A stretch of DNA of 64,000 bases, from contig CAZXLF010000003.1 in assembly GCA_964642015.1 (NCBI GenBank), positions 100,204 through 164,203 of the forward strand. Direction: 5' to 3'. Below are positions 45,095-54,481 of the stretch, one piece after another. The notes below the pieces were generated by a model that searched no databases, was not told the origin of the DNA, and was given only the letters and a program-made list of their open reading frames with translations. Each line of letters begins with the position of its first letter. The stretch's first letter is position 1. The DNA comes from an uncultured Planctomycetia bacterium (GTDB lineage Bacteria > Omnitrophota > Gorgyraeia > 2-02-FULL-51-18). Position numbers and translations under genes: made by a program.

Positions 45095-46134
45095 TGGAAA
45101 TCCTGGTACTTGGTCTCAATCATAAAACAGCGCCCATCGAGCTTCGCGAACGTTTAAGCATTCCCAAGTCCAAGACGTCGCATCTCATGAAAACTCTCAA
45201 AGAAAGGAATATTTTCGAAGAGAGACTTCTTCTGTCAACCTGCAATCGTACGGAAATATATGGCGTCAGCACAGATATCGAGAGCTCGGTGCGAATGACA
45301 AAAGATTTTTTGAGTGAATATTCAAGTCTTAATCTCGCAGATTTTGAGAATAATCTATATGTTCTCAAACAGCCTGATTCTGTTAAGCATTTATTTTCTG
45401 TTGCTTCAGGCCTTGATTCAATGGTACTCGGTGAAACCGAGATTATTGGTCAAGTCAAAGATGCTTATTTGACAGCTCACAAAGACCGGCAGACCGGAAA
45501 AGTGTTGAATAATCTATTTCAACGCTCGTTAAAAGTGGCAAAAAACCTCCGTACAAACACCGACATCGGCGCGGGCAGGGTCAGCATTGCCTCCGTTGCC
45601 GTGGATCTGGCCGAAAAAATATTCGATGATCTTAAAAATATCCGCGTCATGGTAATCGGGACCGGTGATGTATCGACGCAGGTTTCAAAGGCCATGATCT
45701 CGAAAGGGGCTTTTCCGATGATCGTTTCAAGCTGCCACCATGAGCGCGCTGAAGCCATGGCTAAAGAGCTGGGAGGGGAGGCCGTTGTTTATGAAAATTT
45801 TGATGCCAGAGCCGCTGAATCCGATATTTTGATAGCATCTACGCTGGCTCCGCATGCGCTGATCACTCAAAAACAGGTAAAAAACTGGATGCGCATGCGC
45901 CACGAAAAACCTCTTTTTCTTATCGACATCGCCGTCCCCAGAAATATAGAAGCAACCGTAGAAAATATCGACAATGTCTATTTATACAACATTGATGATT
46001 TGAAGGATATTGCCGACAAAAATATGAACGACCGCCAGGGCCAGCTTGATCAATGCTTCAATATCATTCAAGGCCAAACCCATCACTTCATGAATTGGCT
46101 TTTCAAAGAATTTGGCCGCCAAGTCTTGTCATGA
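45094..46134 (+). CDS. hemA: glutamyl-tRNA reductase (short form)
   Basis: GLNHKTAP, STCNRTE, GLDSMVLGETEIIGQ, DIAVPRNI. Confidence 0.95.
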   Translation: MEILVLGLNHKTAPIELRERLSIPKSKTSHLMKTLKERNIFEERLLLSTCNRTEIYGVSTDIESSVRMTKDFLSEYSSLNLADFENNLYVLKQPDSVKHLFSVASGLDSMVLGETEIIGQVKDAYLTAHKDRQTGKVLNNLFQRSLKVAKNLRTNTDIGAGRVSIASVAVDLAEKIFDDLKNIRVMVIGTGDVSTQVSKAMISKGAFPMIVSSCHHERAEAMAKELGGEAVVYENFDARAAESDILIASTLAPHALITQKQVKNWMRMRHEKPLFLIDIAVPRNIEATVENIDNVYLYNIDDLKDIADKNMNDRQGQLDQCFNIIQGQTHHFMNWLFKEFGRQVLS

Positions 46135-47060
46135 ACAGGATTTTCCGTATCGGCACTCGCGGCAGCCGGCTTGCTCTCGCGCAAGCCAAAGAAATTTCTA
46201 GACTTCTAAAAAAGAAATTCCCGAAACATAGATTTCGTTTAGTTATTGTCAAAACTGCCGGAGATGAATTTCAAACCGTTGAATTGTTCAAAAAGAACAA
46301 TACGGGTGTTTTCACAAATGCAATAGAACAAAAACTTCTTAACAACGAAATCGATATTGCCGTTCATAGCTTAAAGGATCTTCCAACGGAAATCCCCGAA
46401 AAACTTTTATTAGCAGCTTATCCAAAAAGATTGGACACATCGGATGTGCTGATATCGAGAAAACGTTATTCACTATCAACGCTGCCAAAAGGCGCTTTAG
46501 TCGGCACCGGAAGTCCCAGAAGAAAAAGACAGCTTAATCTTTTAAGGCCTGATCTTAAGGTCACGGATCTCCGAGGCAATTTAGACACAAGGATCAAAAA
46601 AGTAATCCGCGAAAAAAAATATGACGCGGTCGTTGTGGCTTGTGCCGGACTCCTTCGCTTGAAAAAATATTTAAAATATTCTCGCGTCATTTCAAACAAA
46701 AAACTGTTGCCGGCCGTTGGACAGGCAGCTTTGGGACTTGAAATCAGGAAAAATGACAGCGAAACCTGCAAATTAGTGAGCAAACTGAATCACAAGCCAA
46801 CGGAACAGAGAGTGGTCCTTGAAAGAGTTTTTTTGTCCGCGCTCGGCGGCGGTTGTCGGGTCCCGGTGGGAGTTTCTAGCTGGTTTAGCCAAAATAAGAT
46901 CCATCTCAAAGCAACGGTATTTTCAACCACTTCATCTTCATCGCTAAGCGGCGATATCTCAAGCTCTTTGAATAATTCGCGGCAGGCGGGAAGGAGTTTG
47001 GCTAAGAAATTACTTAAAATGGGTGCCAAAAAATTTCTCAAGGAAGCCAGAAATGCATGA
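46131..47060 (+). CDS. hemC: porphobilinogen deaminase
   Basis: Start ATG 46131; IGTRGSRLALAQ, AVHSLKD, LRGNLDTR, GGGCRVP. Confidence 0.96.
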   Translation: MNRIFRIGTRGSRLALAQAKEISRLLKKKFPKHRFRLVIVKTAGDEFQTVELFKKNNTGVFTNAIEQKLLNNEIDIAVHSLKDLPTEIPEKLLLAAYPKRLDTSDVLISRKRYSLSTLPKGALVGTGSPRRKRQLNLLRPDLKVTDLRGNLDTRIKKVIREKKYDAVVVACAGLLRLKKYLKYSRVISNKKLLPAVGQAALGLEIRKNDSETCKLVSKLNHKPTEQRVVLERVFLSALGGGCRVPVGVSSWFSQNKIHLKATVFSTTSSSSLSGDISSSLNNSRQAGRSLAKKLLKMGAKKFLKEARNA

Positions 47061-48600
47061 ACAAAAAAAACCTGCACACGGATTGGTCTCTCTGGTCGGT
47101 GCTGGACCAGGAGATCCTGGCCTTTTAACCGTAAAAGCCCTTGATCGCATCCAAAATGCGGATTTGATCATCTACGATTATCTGGTGAATCCCGATCATT
47201 TAAGGCACGCTAAAAATTCGGCAACGAAGATCTGCGTCGGAAAAGGTTTCCGGCATCATCGCCTGAGCCAGAACAAGATCAATCGTCTGATTATCCATTC
47301 TGCCAAAAAAGGGCAAACGGTTGTTCGTCTAAAAGGCGGGGATCCATACCTTTTCGGCAGAGGCGGCGAAGAGGCGCTTTATCTTCGTGAACATCGTATT
47401 CCGTTTGAAGTAGTGCCTGGCGTCACAAGCGCGACCGCATGCGCAGCTTATTCGGGGATCCCGTTGACTCACAGGGAACACAATTCATCCGTGACTTTTC
47501 TGACAGGCCACCGCGCGCATGACGAAAATCTTGATTCAATCGATTGGCGGCAGATCGTAGCTCTGAACGGGACGATCGTCATCTACATGGGCTTTTATAA
47601 TCTCGGAAAAATAGCAAAACGCTTAATGGAACATGGTTTACCTGCTAAAACAAAAATATCCGTGATCCAATGGGGGACGCTTCCATGGCAAAAATCCTGT
47701 GAAGGCACTTTACAGAATATTGAAAAAATTGTGTTAAAAAAGAAGATGGGTGCGCCATCAATTATTATCATTGGCGATGTCGTTGGGCTAAAAAGCGAAC
47801 TTAATTGGTTTGAGAAGCTTCCTTTGTTCGGAAAAAAAATATTGGTCACACGCGCTCAGGATAAAGCAAGCTCATTAAAACAAAAACTGGCCAGCCTTGG
47901 AGCTTGGGCGGTTGAGATGCCTGTAATCTCGATCAAACCCACGAATAATTATTCGTCGCTCGATAATGCTATACAAAACATCGGCACTTTTGACTGGCTA
48001 GTTTTCACCAGCGCCTATGGGGCAGATTTCTTCTTTGATCGATTGGTCAATTACCATAAAAAAGATGCAAGAAATCTTGCTCAAACAAAAATCGCTTCGG
48101 TAGGGGTCGAGACCAGCCGTTCCCTTAGAAAATTCGGGGTTTTAACGGACCTTGAGCCAAAACGATTTGAAACAGCAGCTATTGCGGAGGAATTTAAAAA
48201 ACGCTTTGGGAACCTTTCGGGACAAAAAATTTTATTGGCCCGTACCGATATCGCGCCGCCGGGACTTGAACGAGATCTGAAGAAGCTCGGCGCCGATGTG
48301 CATTGCGTAAAAACCTATCGAACGCTGACGCCAAAAAAAATGCCGAGCGAGATAAAAAAAGAACTGCTTGTCGGGACATTTGATTACATCACATTCACTA
48401 GCTCTTCGACGGTTTCTAATTTTGTAAAACTTCTAGGTCGCGGTAGTTTACAAAAATTATCGAAGACCAAATGCGCGAGCATTGGACCGATCACTTCAAA
48501 AACACTAAGAACTTACAGTTTAAAACCCGCTTGCCAGGCAAAAAATTTCACAACAGACGGACTTGTCCATGCGATAATAGCCCATGCAAAAACTAAATAA
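47053..48600 (+). CDS. cobA: uroporphyrinogen-III C-methyltransferase / uroporphyrinogen-III synthase fusion (CobA-HemD)
   Basis: VGAGPGDPGLLT, RLKGGDP..FGRGGEE; C-terminal HemD (LVTRA, FTSS, SIGPIT). Confidence 0.93.
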   Translation: MHEQKKPAHGLVSLVGAGPGDPGLLTVKALDRIQNADLIIYDYLVNPDHLRHAKNSATKICVGKGFRHHRLSQNKINRLIIHSAKKGQTVVRLKGGDPYLFGRGGEEALYLREHRIPFEVVPGVTSATACAAYSGIPLTHREHNSSVTFLTGHRAHDENLDSIDWRQIVALNGTIVIYMGFYNLGKIAKRLMEHGLPAKTKISVIQWGTLPWQKSCEGTLQNIEKIVLKKKMGAPSIIIIGDVVGLKSELNWFEKLPLFGKKILVTRAQDKASSLKQKLASLGAWAVEMPVISIKPTNNYSSLDNAIQNIGTFDWLVFTSAYGADFFFDRLVNYHKKDARNLAQTKIASVGVETSRSLRKFGVLTDLEPKRFETAAIAEEFKKRFGNLSGQKILLARTDIAPPGLERDLKKLGADVHCVKTYRTLTPKKMPSEIKKELLVGTFDYITFTSSSTVSNFVKLLGRGSLQKLSKTKCASIGPITSKTLRTYSLKPACQAKNFTTDGLVHAIIAHAKTK

Positions 48601-49591
48601 ACACGATACAAAACCCTTGAAAATACGCTTAAGACGCCTTAGAGAAAATTCTATTCTAAGAAACATGCTGTCCGAGACAACTCTCGACATCAAAGAGATC
48701 GTTCAGCCGCTTTTTGTCAAGGAAGTCATCTCTAAACCCATAGAAATATCTTCCATGCCGGGACAATTTCAATTTGATCGGCGTTCGATAATTGATGAGG
48801 CAAAAAAGATCGAATCCTTAGGCATTCAAGCCGTGATCTTATTTGGAATTCCAGACAAAAAAGACATAAGCGGCCGGTCGGCATTTGCCAAGAACGGTAT
48901 CATCCAAAAGACCGTTTCCGGTATCAAAAAAAATTGCAAAAAACTTCTAGTGATCACCGATGTCTGTCTTTGCGAATACCTGAGCCACGGTCACTGTGGA
49001 CACATTCATAACGGGCGGATCATCAATGATGCTTCTGTGAAAACGTTGGCTCAAGTCGCCTTGTCGCATGCCCAAGCAGGAGCGGATATTGTTGCGCCTT
49101 CCGACATGATGGATGGGCGAGTGGAAGCTATAAGAAGTTTGTTGGATAAAAATCATTTTACACATACTCCGATCATTTCTTACGCCGTCAAATACGCCTC
49201 GAGTCTTTATTCGCCTTTTCGTGAAGCAGCGCAGAGCGCGCCATCGTTCGGCGACCGTTCCAGTTACCAGATGAATCCGGCCAATATTAAAGAAGCGCTG
49301 CGTGAAGCTGAGACTGATCTTAGAGAAGGGGCCGACATTATTCTGGTAAAGCCCGGCATGGGTTATTTGGACATCGTGAATAGCATCAAGAATAAATTTG
49401 CATGTCCTGTGGGCTGCTATAGCGTTAGCGGCGAATATTCTATGATCAAGGCCGCTTCACAAAAGGGCTGGCTCGATGAAAAACGGGTGGTACTTGAAAC
49501 CCATCTTTCCATGAAAAGGGCCGGAGCCAACCTGATCATTACTTACTGGGCAAAAGAATTGGCACGCTGGCTTAAAGGATCGATCGCATGA
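48584..49591 (+). CDS. hemB: porphobilinogen synthase (Zn-type)
   Basis: DVCLCEYLSHGHCG, APSDMMDGR, YSPFREA, VKP, VSGEY. Confidence 0.97.
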   Translation: MQKLNKHDTKPLKIRLRRLRENSILRNMLSETTLDIKEIVQPLFVKEVISKPIEISSMPGQFQFDRRSIIDEAKKIESLGIQAVILFGIPDKKDISGRSAFAKNGIIQKTVSGIKKNCKKLLVITDVCLCEYLSHGHCGHIHNGRIINDASVKTLAQVALSHAQAGADIVAPSDMMDGRVEAIRSLLDKNHFTHTPIISYAVKYASSLYSPFREAAQSAPSFGDRSSYQMNPANIKEALREAETDLREGADIILVKPGMGYLDIVNSIKNKFACPVGCYSVSGEYSMIKAASQKGWLDEKRVVLETHLSMKRAGANLIITYWAKELARWLKGSIA

Positions 49592-50841
49592 AAAATAAAG
49601 CTTGGGCGGAAGCCCAAAAACATTTGGCAGGTGGCGTCAATAGCCCTGTGCGTTCTTTTAAATCAGTAAAAGGTGACCCTATTTTTATGGAAAAGGGAAG
49701 CGGGCCGTACCTCTATGATAATCAAGGCAGAAAGTATATAGACTTCTGCATGTCCTGGGGTGCCATGCTGCTTGGACACGCTGACAAAACCACCATCCGA
49801 TCCATTCAAACCCAAGCTGCTAAAGGAACAAGTTTTGGTACAGTCACTGAATATGAGACAGCTTTAGCTATAGAAATCAAAAAAGCTTTTCCGGGAATGG
49901 AGAGGATCCGTTTCACAAGCTCGGGCACCGAGGCCGTCATGAGCGCTGTCCGCCTAGCAAGAGGTTATACCGGAAAGGGTAGGATCTTGAAATTTGAAGG
50001 GTGCTACCATGGGCACGGGGACAGTCTTCTTGTTAAAGCCGGCAGCGGCCTGGCAACTTTTGGCTCACCCGACTCGGAAGGCGTTCCAAAAGAGTTGGCA
50101 AAATTAACAAGTGTGCTTTCTTACAACGATTCGATCGCTGTAAAAATTTTTTTTAAAAAACAAAGGGATATCGCCTGCGTTATCGTCGAGCCTGTTGCCG
50201 GAAATATGGGGCTTGTTCCAGCCAAAAAAGAATTTTTGGAAACTTTAAGAGCGGAAACCAAAAAACACGGTTCATTGCTGATCTTTGATGAGGTCATCAG
50301 CGGTTTTCGTATTTGTTTAGGAGGCGCTCAACATTTATACAGGATCAGCCCCGACATTACCATCTTGGGAAAGATCATCGGCGGCGGAATGCCTGTGGGT
50401 GCGTTTGGCGCAAAAAAGGAGATCATGGAGCTTCTTTCGCCGACAGGAAAGGTTTATCAGGCGGGGACTTTGTCGGGCAACCCGATCTCCATGGTTGCTG
50501 GCAAAAGCGTGCTTTCGAGACTTTCCAAAAATTCATACGACAAACTCGAACATAAAACATTGGAATTCATCGAAAAGGCCAAAGCTATTTTTAAAGCAAA
50601 GCGTATACCGGCATCGATCCAAAGCATTGGCTCAATGTTTACCGTGTTTTTTACGCAAAAACCTGTACAAAATTTTAAGGACGCAATGACATCAGATCAA
50701 AAAGCTTTTGGAAGATTTTTCCATCATATGCTGAAAGAGGGGGTATACCTGCCTCCATCCGCATTTGAAACGTCGTTCATATCATTCAGCCACGAAAACC
50801 TGGAGCTTGAGCGTACTTTACAAGCGTTGAAAAAAATATGA
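49588..50841 (+). CDS. hemL: glutamate-1-semialdehyde 2,1-aminomutase
   Basis: GGVNSPVR, SGTEA, GCYHG, FDEVISGFR, GKIIGGG, YQAGTLSGNP. Confidence 0.97.
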   Translation: MKNKAWAEAQKHLAGGVNSPVRSFKSVKGDPIFMEKGSGPYLYDNQGRKYIDFCMSWGAMLLGHADKTTIRSIQTQAAKGTSFGTVTEYETALAIEIKKAFPGMERIRFTSSGTEAVMSAVRLARGYTGKGRILKFEGCYHGHGDSLLVKAGSGLATFGSPDSEGVPKELAKLTSVLSYNDSIAVKIFFKKQRDIACVIVEPVAGNMGLVPAKKEFLETLRAETKKHGSLLIFDEVISGFRICLGGAQHLYRISPDITILGKIIGGGMPVGAFGAKKEIMELLSPTGKVYQAGTLSGNPISMVAGKSVLSRLSKNSYDKLEHKTLEFIEKAKAIFKAKRIPASIQSIGSMFTVFFTQKPVQNFKDAMTSDQKAFGRFFHHMLKEGVYLPPSAFETSFISFSHENLELERTLQALKKI

Positions 50842-50898
50842 TAAAAAACAGCTCATCGCATGTTAAAATCTTTTGCTTCTAATGATTAAAGGTATTTT

Positions 50899-51876
50899 AT
50901 GCCATTACTAAACACCGGTCTAAATGAGATTTATGCGCCAATCGAGAAAGAGCTTAAAGCCTTCTCGGAACAGCTCAGATCGGAATTGAAATCCAACGAT
51001 CAGCTGATCAGTCAGATCCACGAACATCTTTTAAGGATGGCCGGAAAGTTTTTAAGGCCCGCGCTGACGATCCTTTCTTCGAAAATCGAGGATCGCGATA
51101 ACCCTGACGCGATAAAATTAGCCGCTGCTATTGAACTGATCCACACAGCGACTTTGGTCCATGATGATGTAATAGACGATTCCGATTTGCGCCGAAATAT
51201 GCCGTCGATCTACTCAAAATGGGGCGCGGAGATCTCGATCGTTTCCGGTGATTATTTGTATGCAAAAGCATTCTTGCTTCTGGCAAGCTTTGGCGACCCT
51301 TGGATCAGCCAGGCATTCGCGGCTTGCGCCCACGTTATCTGTGAAGGAGAGATGAAGCAGATCGAGAAACGCAAGGCATTCTTAATGAGCGAGGAGCAGT
51401 ATCTCAAGATCATTCATCAGAAAACAGCCGCGCTTTTTCAGGCCGCTTGCATGGGCGGCGCTTACTTGTCGGGGACTAGCAAAGAAAATATTGCCAGTCT
51501 CGGAAATTACGGTTTTAATCTTGGTATGGCCTTTCAGATCGTCGATGATTGTCTGGACCTTATCGGGGATACTGAAAGTTTGGGGAAAACTACAGGATTG
51601 GATATTTATAAAAATGATGTCACGTTACCGCTCCTTTATTTATTCCGCAGCTTGACTGATGCGGAACGCACTGCGTTAGACGGCCAAAATAACGGCCATG
51701 AGACATTCCAAAAGATCAAAAATCTCGCCGTGCAAAAAAAATCCGTAGAAAAAGCGATGCTGAAAGCAAGAAATTACACCGAACTGGCCATCGAAAGCTT
51801 GAAACCACTCAAAGATTCTGCCTGCAAAGAAAGTCTTTACTCGCTGGCGAATTACTGTGTTGATCGGGTGCGGTAA
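50899..51876 (+). CDS. polyprenyl diphosphate synthase (IspB/HepT-like)
   Basis: GKFLRP, LVHDDVIDDSDLRR, KTAALF, FQIVDD. Confidence 0.92.
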   Translation: MPLLNTGLNEIYAPIEKELKAFSEQLRSELKSNDQLISQIHEHLLRMAGKFLRPALTILSSKIEDRDNPDAIKLAAAIELIHTATLVHDDVIDDSDLRRNMPSIYSKWGAEISIVSGDYLYAKAFLLLASFGDPWISQAFAACAHVICEGEMKQIEKRKAFLMSEEQYLKIIHQKTAALFQAACMGGAYLSGTSKENIASLGNYGFNLGMAFQIVDDCLDLIGDTESLGKTTGLDIYKNDVTLPLLYLFRSLTDAERTALDGQNNGHETFQKIKNLAVQKKSVEKAMLKARNYTELAIESLKPLKDSACKESLYSLANYCVDRVR

Positions 51877-52940
51877 TGAAAAATCGCGTAGTTGTCGCAA
51901 TGTCCGGGGGAGTAGATAGCTCTGTTTGCGCATATCTCTTGAAACAGGAAGGTTATGACGTAATTGGGGTCACGATCAAGACCTGGTCTAATGATGACTG
52001 TCGCGACGAAAAATCCAAGGGCTGCTGTTCGATACGCGATATCGATGACGCCAGACAAGTCGCCAGAAAGATAGATATTCCTTATTACGTGATGGACCTA
52101 TCGGCTGATTTTCGCGAGAAAGTCATTGATTATTTTGTGGACGATTACCTCAACGGCCGCACACCGAATCCGTGCATTGAGTGTAATCGAAGCATCAAAT
52201 TCGGTATCCTTCTTAAAAAAGCCGAGGAATTGCAGGCGGATTTTGTGGCAACAGGCCATTACGCGCGGCTAGGCTATGATGAGACCGAGCAGCGCTATTT
52301 CATATGTGAGGGAGCTGATCTTTCAAAAGATCAAAGCTATGTTCTTTTTGGGCTGACCCAAGAACAATTATCAAAAACCCTTTTACCAGTGGGCGCACTC
52401 GAAAAAAAGAAAGTGCGCGAAATCGCCGAAAAACTTGGGTTGCGTGTATTTGACAAGCCTGATAGCCAAGAAATATGTTTTGTGAAATCTACCTATGGAG
52501 AATTTGTCCGAAATTATGCGCCTGACAGACTGCCCGGCGAAGGTTCGTTCATCAATGACAAAGGACAATTAGTTGGATCGCATAGTGGAAGCCATCTTTA
52601 CACGATCGGTCAGCGTAAAAGAATTCAGATCACGGATGAGGACCCTTATTATGTGACAGCGATTAACGCAACGACCAATGAGGTGACGATTGGCAGGGAA
52701 TATGACCTGTTTAAAGATAACATGGTCGTTGACCGGATTAATTGGATATGCAAACCGCGCCTCGGAGAGATCAAGGTCAAGATACGCTCAAAAAGCCCAA
52801 AAACACCGGCAAGGATCATTTCCATCAAAGCCGATACAGCATCCGTTCAATTTCAGGAATCTCAAAAAGCTGTCACCCCAGGCCAGGCGGCCGTTTTCTA
52901 TGATGGCGAGCGCGTTTTGGGAGGCGGATGGATCAGTTAG
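51876..52940 (+). CDS. mnmA: tRNA 2-thiouridylase
   Basis: AMSGGVDSS, TPNPCIECN, ATGHYA, KDQSY, SQEICF, TPGQAAV. Confidence 0.97.
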   Translation: MKNRVVVAMSGGVDSSVCAYLLKQEGYDVIGVTIKTWSNDDCRDEKSKGCCSIRDIDDARQVARKIDIPYYVMDLSADFREKVIDYFVDDYLNGRTPNPCIECNRSIKFGILLKKAEELQADFVATGHYARLGYDETEQRYFICEGADLSKDQSYVLFGLTQEQLSKTLLPVGALEKKKVREIAEKLGLRVFDKPDSQEICFVKSTYGEFVRNYAPDRLPGEGSFINDKGQLVGSHSGSHLYTIGQRKRIQITDEDPYYVTAINATTNEVTIGREYDLFKDNMVVDRINWICKPRLGEIKVKIRSKSPKTPARIISIKADTASVQFQESQKAVTPGQAAVFYDGERVLGGGWIS

Positions 52941-52944
52941 TTTC

Positions 52945-53019
52945 GGCGGTGTAGCTCAGCCTGGTTAGAGCAGCAGCTTCATAAGTTGCGTGTCAGTGGT
53001 TCAAATCCACTCACCGCCA
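52945..53019 (+). tRNA. tRNA with CAT anticodon, most likely elongator tRNA-Met; CCA not encoded
   Basis: Acceptor GGCGGTG/CACCGCC, anticodon arm GCAGC-TTCATAA-GTTGC, T arm AGTGG-TTCAAAT-CCACT; G1-C72 paired and no GGG/CCC run, so not an initiator. Confidence 0.9.
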
Positions 53020-53050
53020 TTATATTTTGCCAAACGGCACTTCAATCTAT

Positions 53051-53200
53051 TTATTTACTGGATTTGACGTTAAGGTCGGGGCCGGCAACAAACGTGGTCG
53101 TTACGATCACATCGTCAGATTTCTTGCTTTCGGTAGCATTCAACGAATAGACATGCAGTGCTAAAAGCAGCAAAGATATCAACATTATCAATTTTTTCAT
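53051..53200 (-). CDS. small secreted peptide (49 aa)
   Basis: GAGGA RBS before ATG 53200; MKKLIMLISLLLLALHVYSLNA signal peptide followed by 27 aa. Confidence 0.55.
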   Translation of the reverse strand: MKKLIMLISLLLLALHVYSLNATESKKSDDVIVTTTFVAGPDLNVKSSK

Positions 53201-53421
53201 AAACTTCCTCAATAAATTTAACGCGTAGACGCGCATTATGCCTGATTTTTCTTTCGATAACAATAGGGTGAATAAATATGCTGTGCAAAATAAGAATATC
53301 CTTAAATACATATAGATTTAATGAAACTTAGTAATAAAAGTATAGGGGCTTCTTTTTATGTCCCGATGTTTTACCGTTAATCCGTTGACAAACAGATAGG
53401 ACATATGCAAAATTAAATTTT

Positions 53422-53790
53422 ATGAGAATGCCTCTACCTTTGATTGCGCTCATGCTTTTCTTAACGCCCGCATCTTCGTATTGCGAGATAAGTGGGCGAA
53501 ATGATGCGGTCAAAGTTTATCAAGAAGTTCAGGGGCTTGAATGGATGGAAATGTCAGCCGGCGAAAGGATGGACCATCTGATGGCGGCGATGTACCTTTT
53601 AAATAAAAACGGGGTCGAGCTGAGCTACACACCCGATTATTACTATGATGCGATTTACCAAAAAATCCAAAGGCATCCGGAACTTTACTCTTCGGAGATT
53701 GCCAGTATTTTAGCCAATTTTATTTATGAAAAAGAAGAGAAAGCAAGGCCGGCGCTTGATAATTTAAAACGCCATCCAACAAACCCATGA
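53422..53790 (+). CDS. secreted hypothetical protein
   Basis: Signal peptide; helical domain paralogous to the C-terminus of the next ORF. Confidence 0.75.
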   Translation: MRMPLPLIALMLFLTPASSYCEISGRNDAVKVYQEVQGLEWMEMSAGERMDHLMAAMYLLNKNGVELSYTPDYYYDAIYQKIQRHPELYSSEIASILANFIYEKEEKARPALDNLKRHPTNP

Positions 53791-54395
53791 TGAAAAACGT
53801 TCTCCGATCCGCACTAGTCATATTTTTCTCTTTAAACCTTGCTTCGCTTACATCGGCAGAAACAATCGATCAAAAACCTGATCTGGAAACCTTAAAGAGA
53901 TCCCTTTCGGCAAATCAATATCTGATTAACCGTTTTAATCTTGAATATGCGAATTTGATCAAGGAGCAGGGACAGTCTGCGAATGAAAAATTGGCCCTAA
54001 AAATAGCGGATGTTAAAAATAAGATAGCCGTTCTCAAGAACGGAAATGAACGGATCGTGAATCAACTGTCGCAATCATCCAAACCCAATTCCATAGAAGA
54101 CGTAAGCCCGCAATATTTGACCGGGAGAGACTGGCTGAGCATGGACCCCAAAGGGAAGGAGATGTATATTTTTTCAACAATGGGAGCATTGGTAAAAAAA
54201 GAGGTGCTAACGATCAAACCCTCGGATTATTACATATCATCGCTGGATAAACTGATCGCTCATAACTCTTCTTATCAAGCAAGAAACCTTGACGATATGC
54301 TGCTTCTGATCATTTATAAGAATGAGCCTGCTTCCAGAAGCGCGATCAGCGGTTTTCACAGGATCAACGAATCAGAACTTGAAAGAGTGGAATAA
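53787..54395 (+). CDS. secreted hypothetical protein (coiled coil plus helical domain)
   Basis: Signal peptide; ATGA overlap with upstream ORF; TGRDWLSM...DYY...IYKNE domain. Confidence 0.78.
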   Translation: MMKNVLRSALVIFFSLNLASLTSAETIDQKPDLETLKRSLSANQYLINRFNLEYANLIKEQGQSANEKLALKIADVKNKIAVLKNGNERIVNQLSQSSKPNSIEDVSPQYLTGRDWLSMDPKGKEMYIFSTMGALVKKEVLTIKPSDYYISSLDKLIAHNSSYQARNLDDMLLLIIYKNEPASRSAISGFHRINESELERVE

Positions 54396-54414
54396 TTGCA
54401 AGTCCAGGTGTTTT

Positions 54415-54442
54415 TTGACATTGCTGTCAGAACTGGTATAAT
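54415..54442 (+). promoter_or_regulatory. sigma70 promoter with palindrome over -35
   Basis: TTGACA-16bp-TATAAT with TG extension; TGACA-TTGC-TGTCA palindrome at 54416-54429. Confidence 0.65.
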
Positions 54443-54481
54443 AACGGCTTCAAGAAATCATAATTATCTTACGGAGCAAAC

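Noticed and set aside
53328-53513. 61-aa minus-strand ORF overlapping the start of the 53422 gene
   Set aside because: Overlaps a better-supported gene and its promoter; no protein features.
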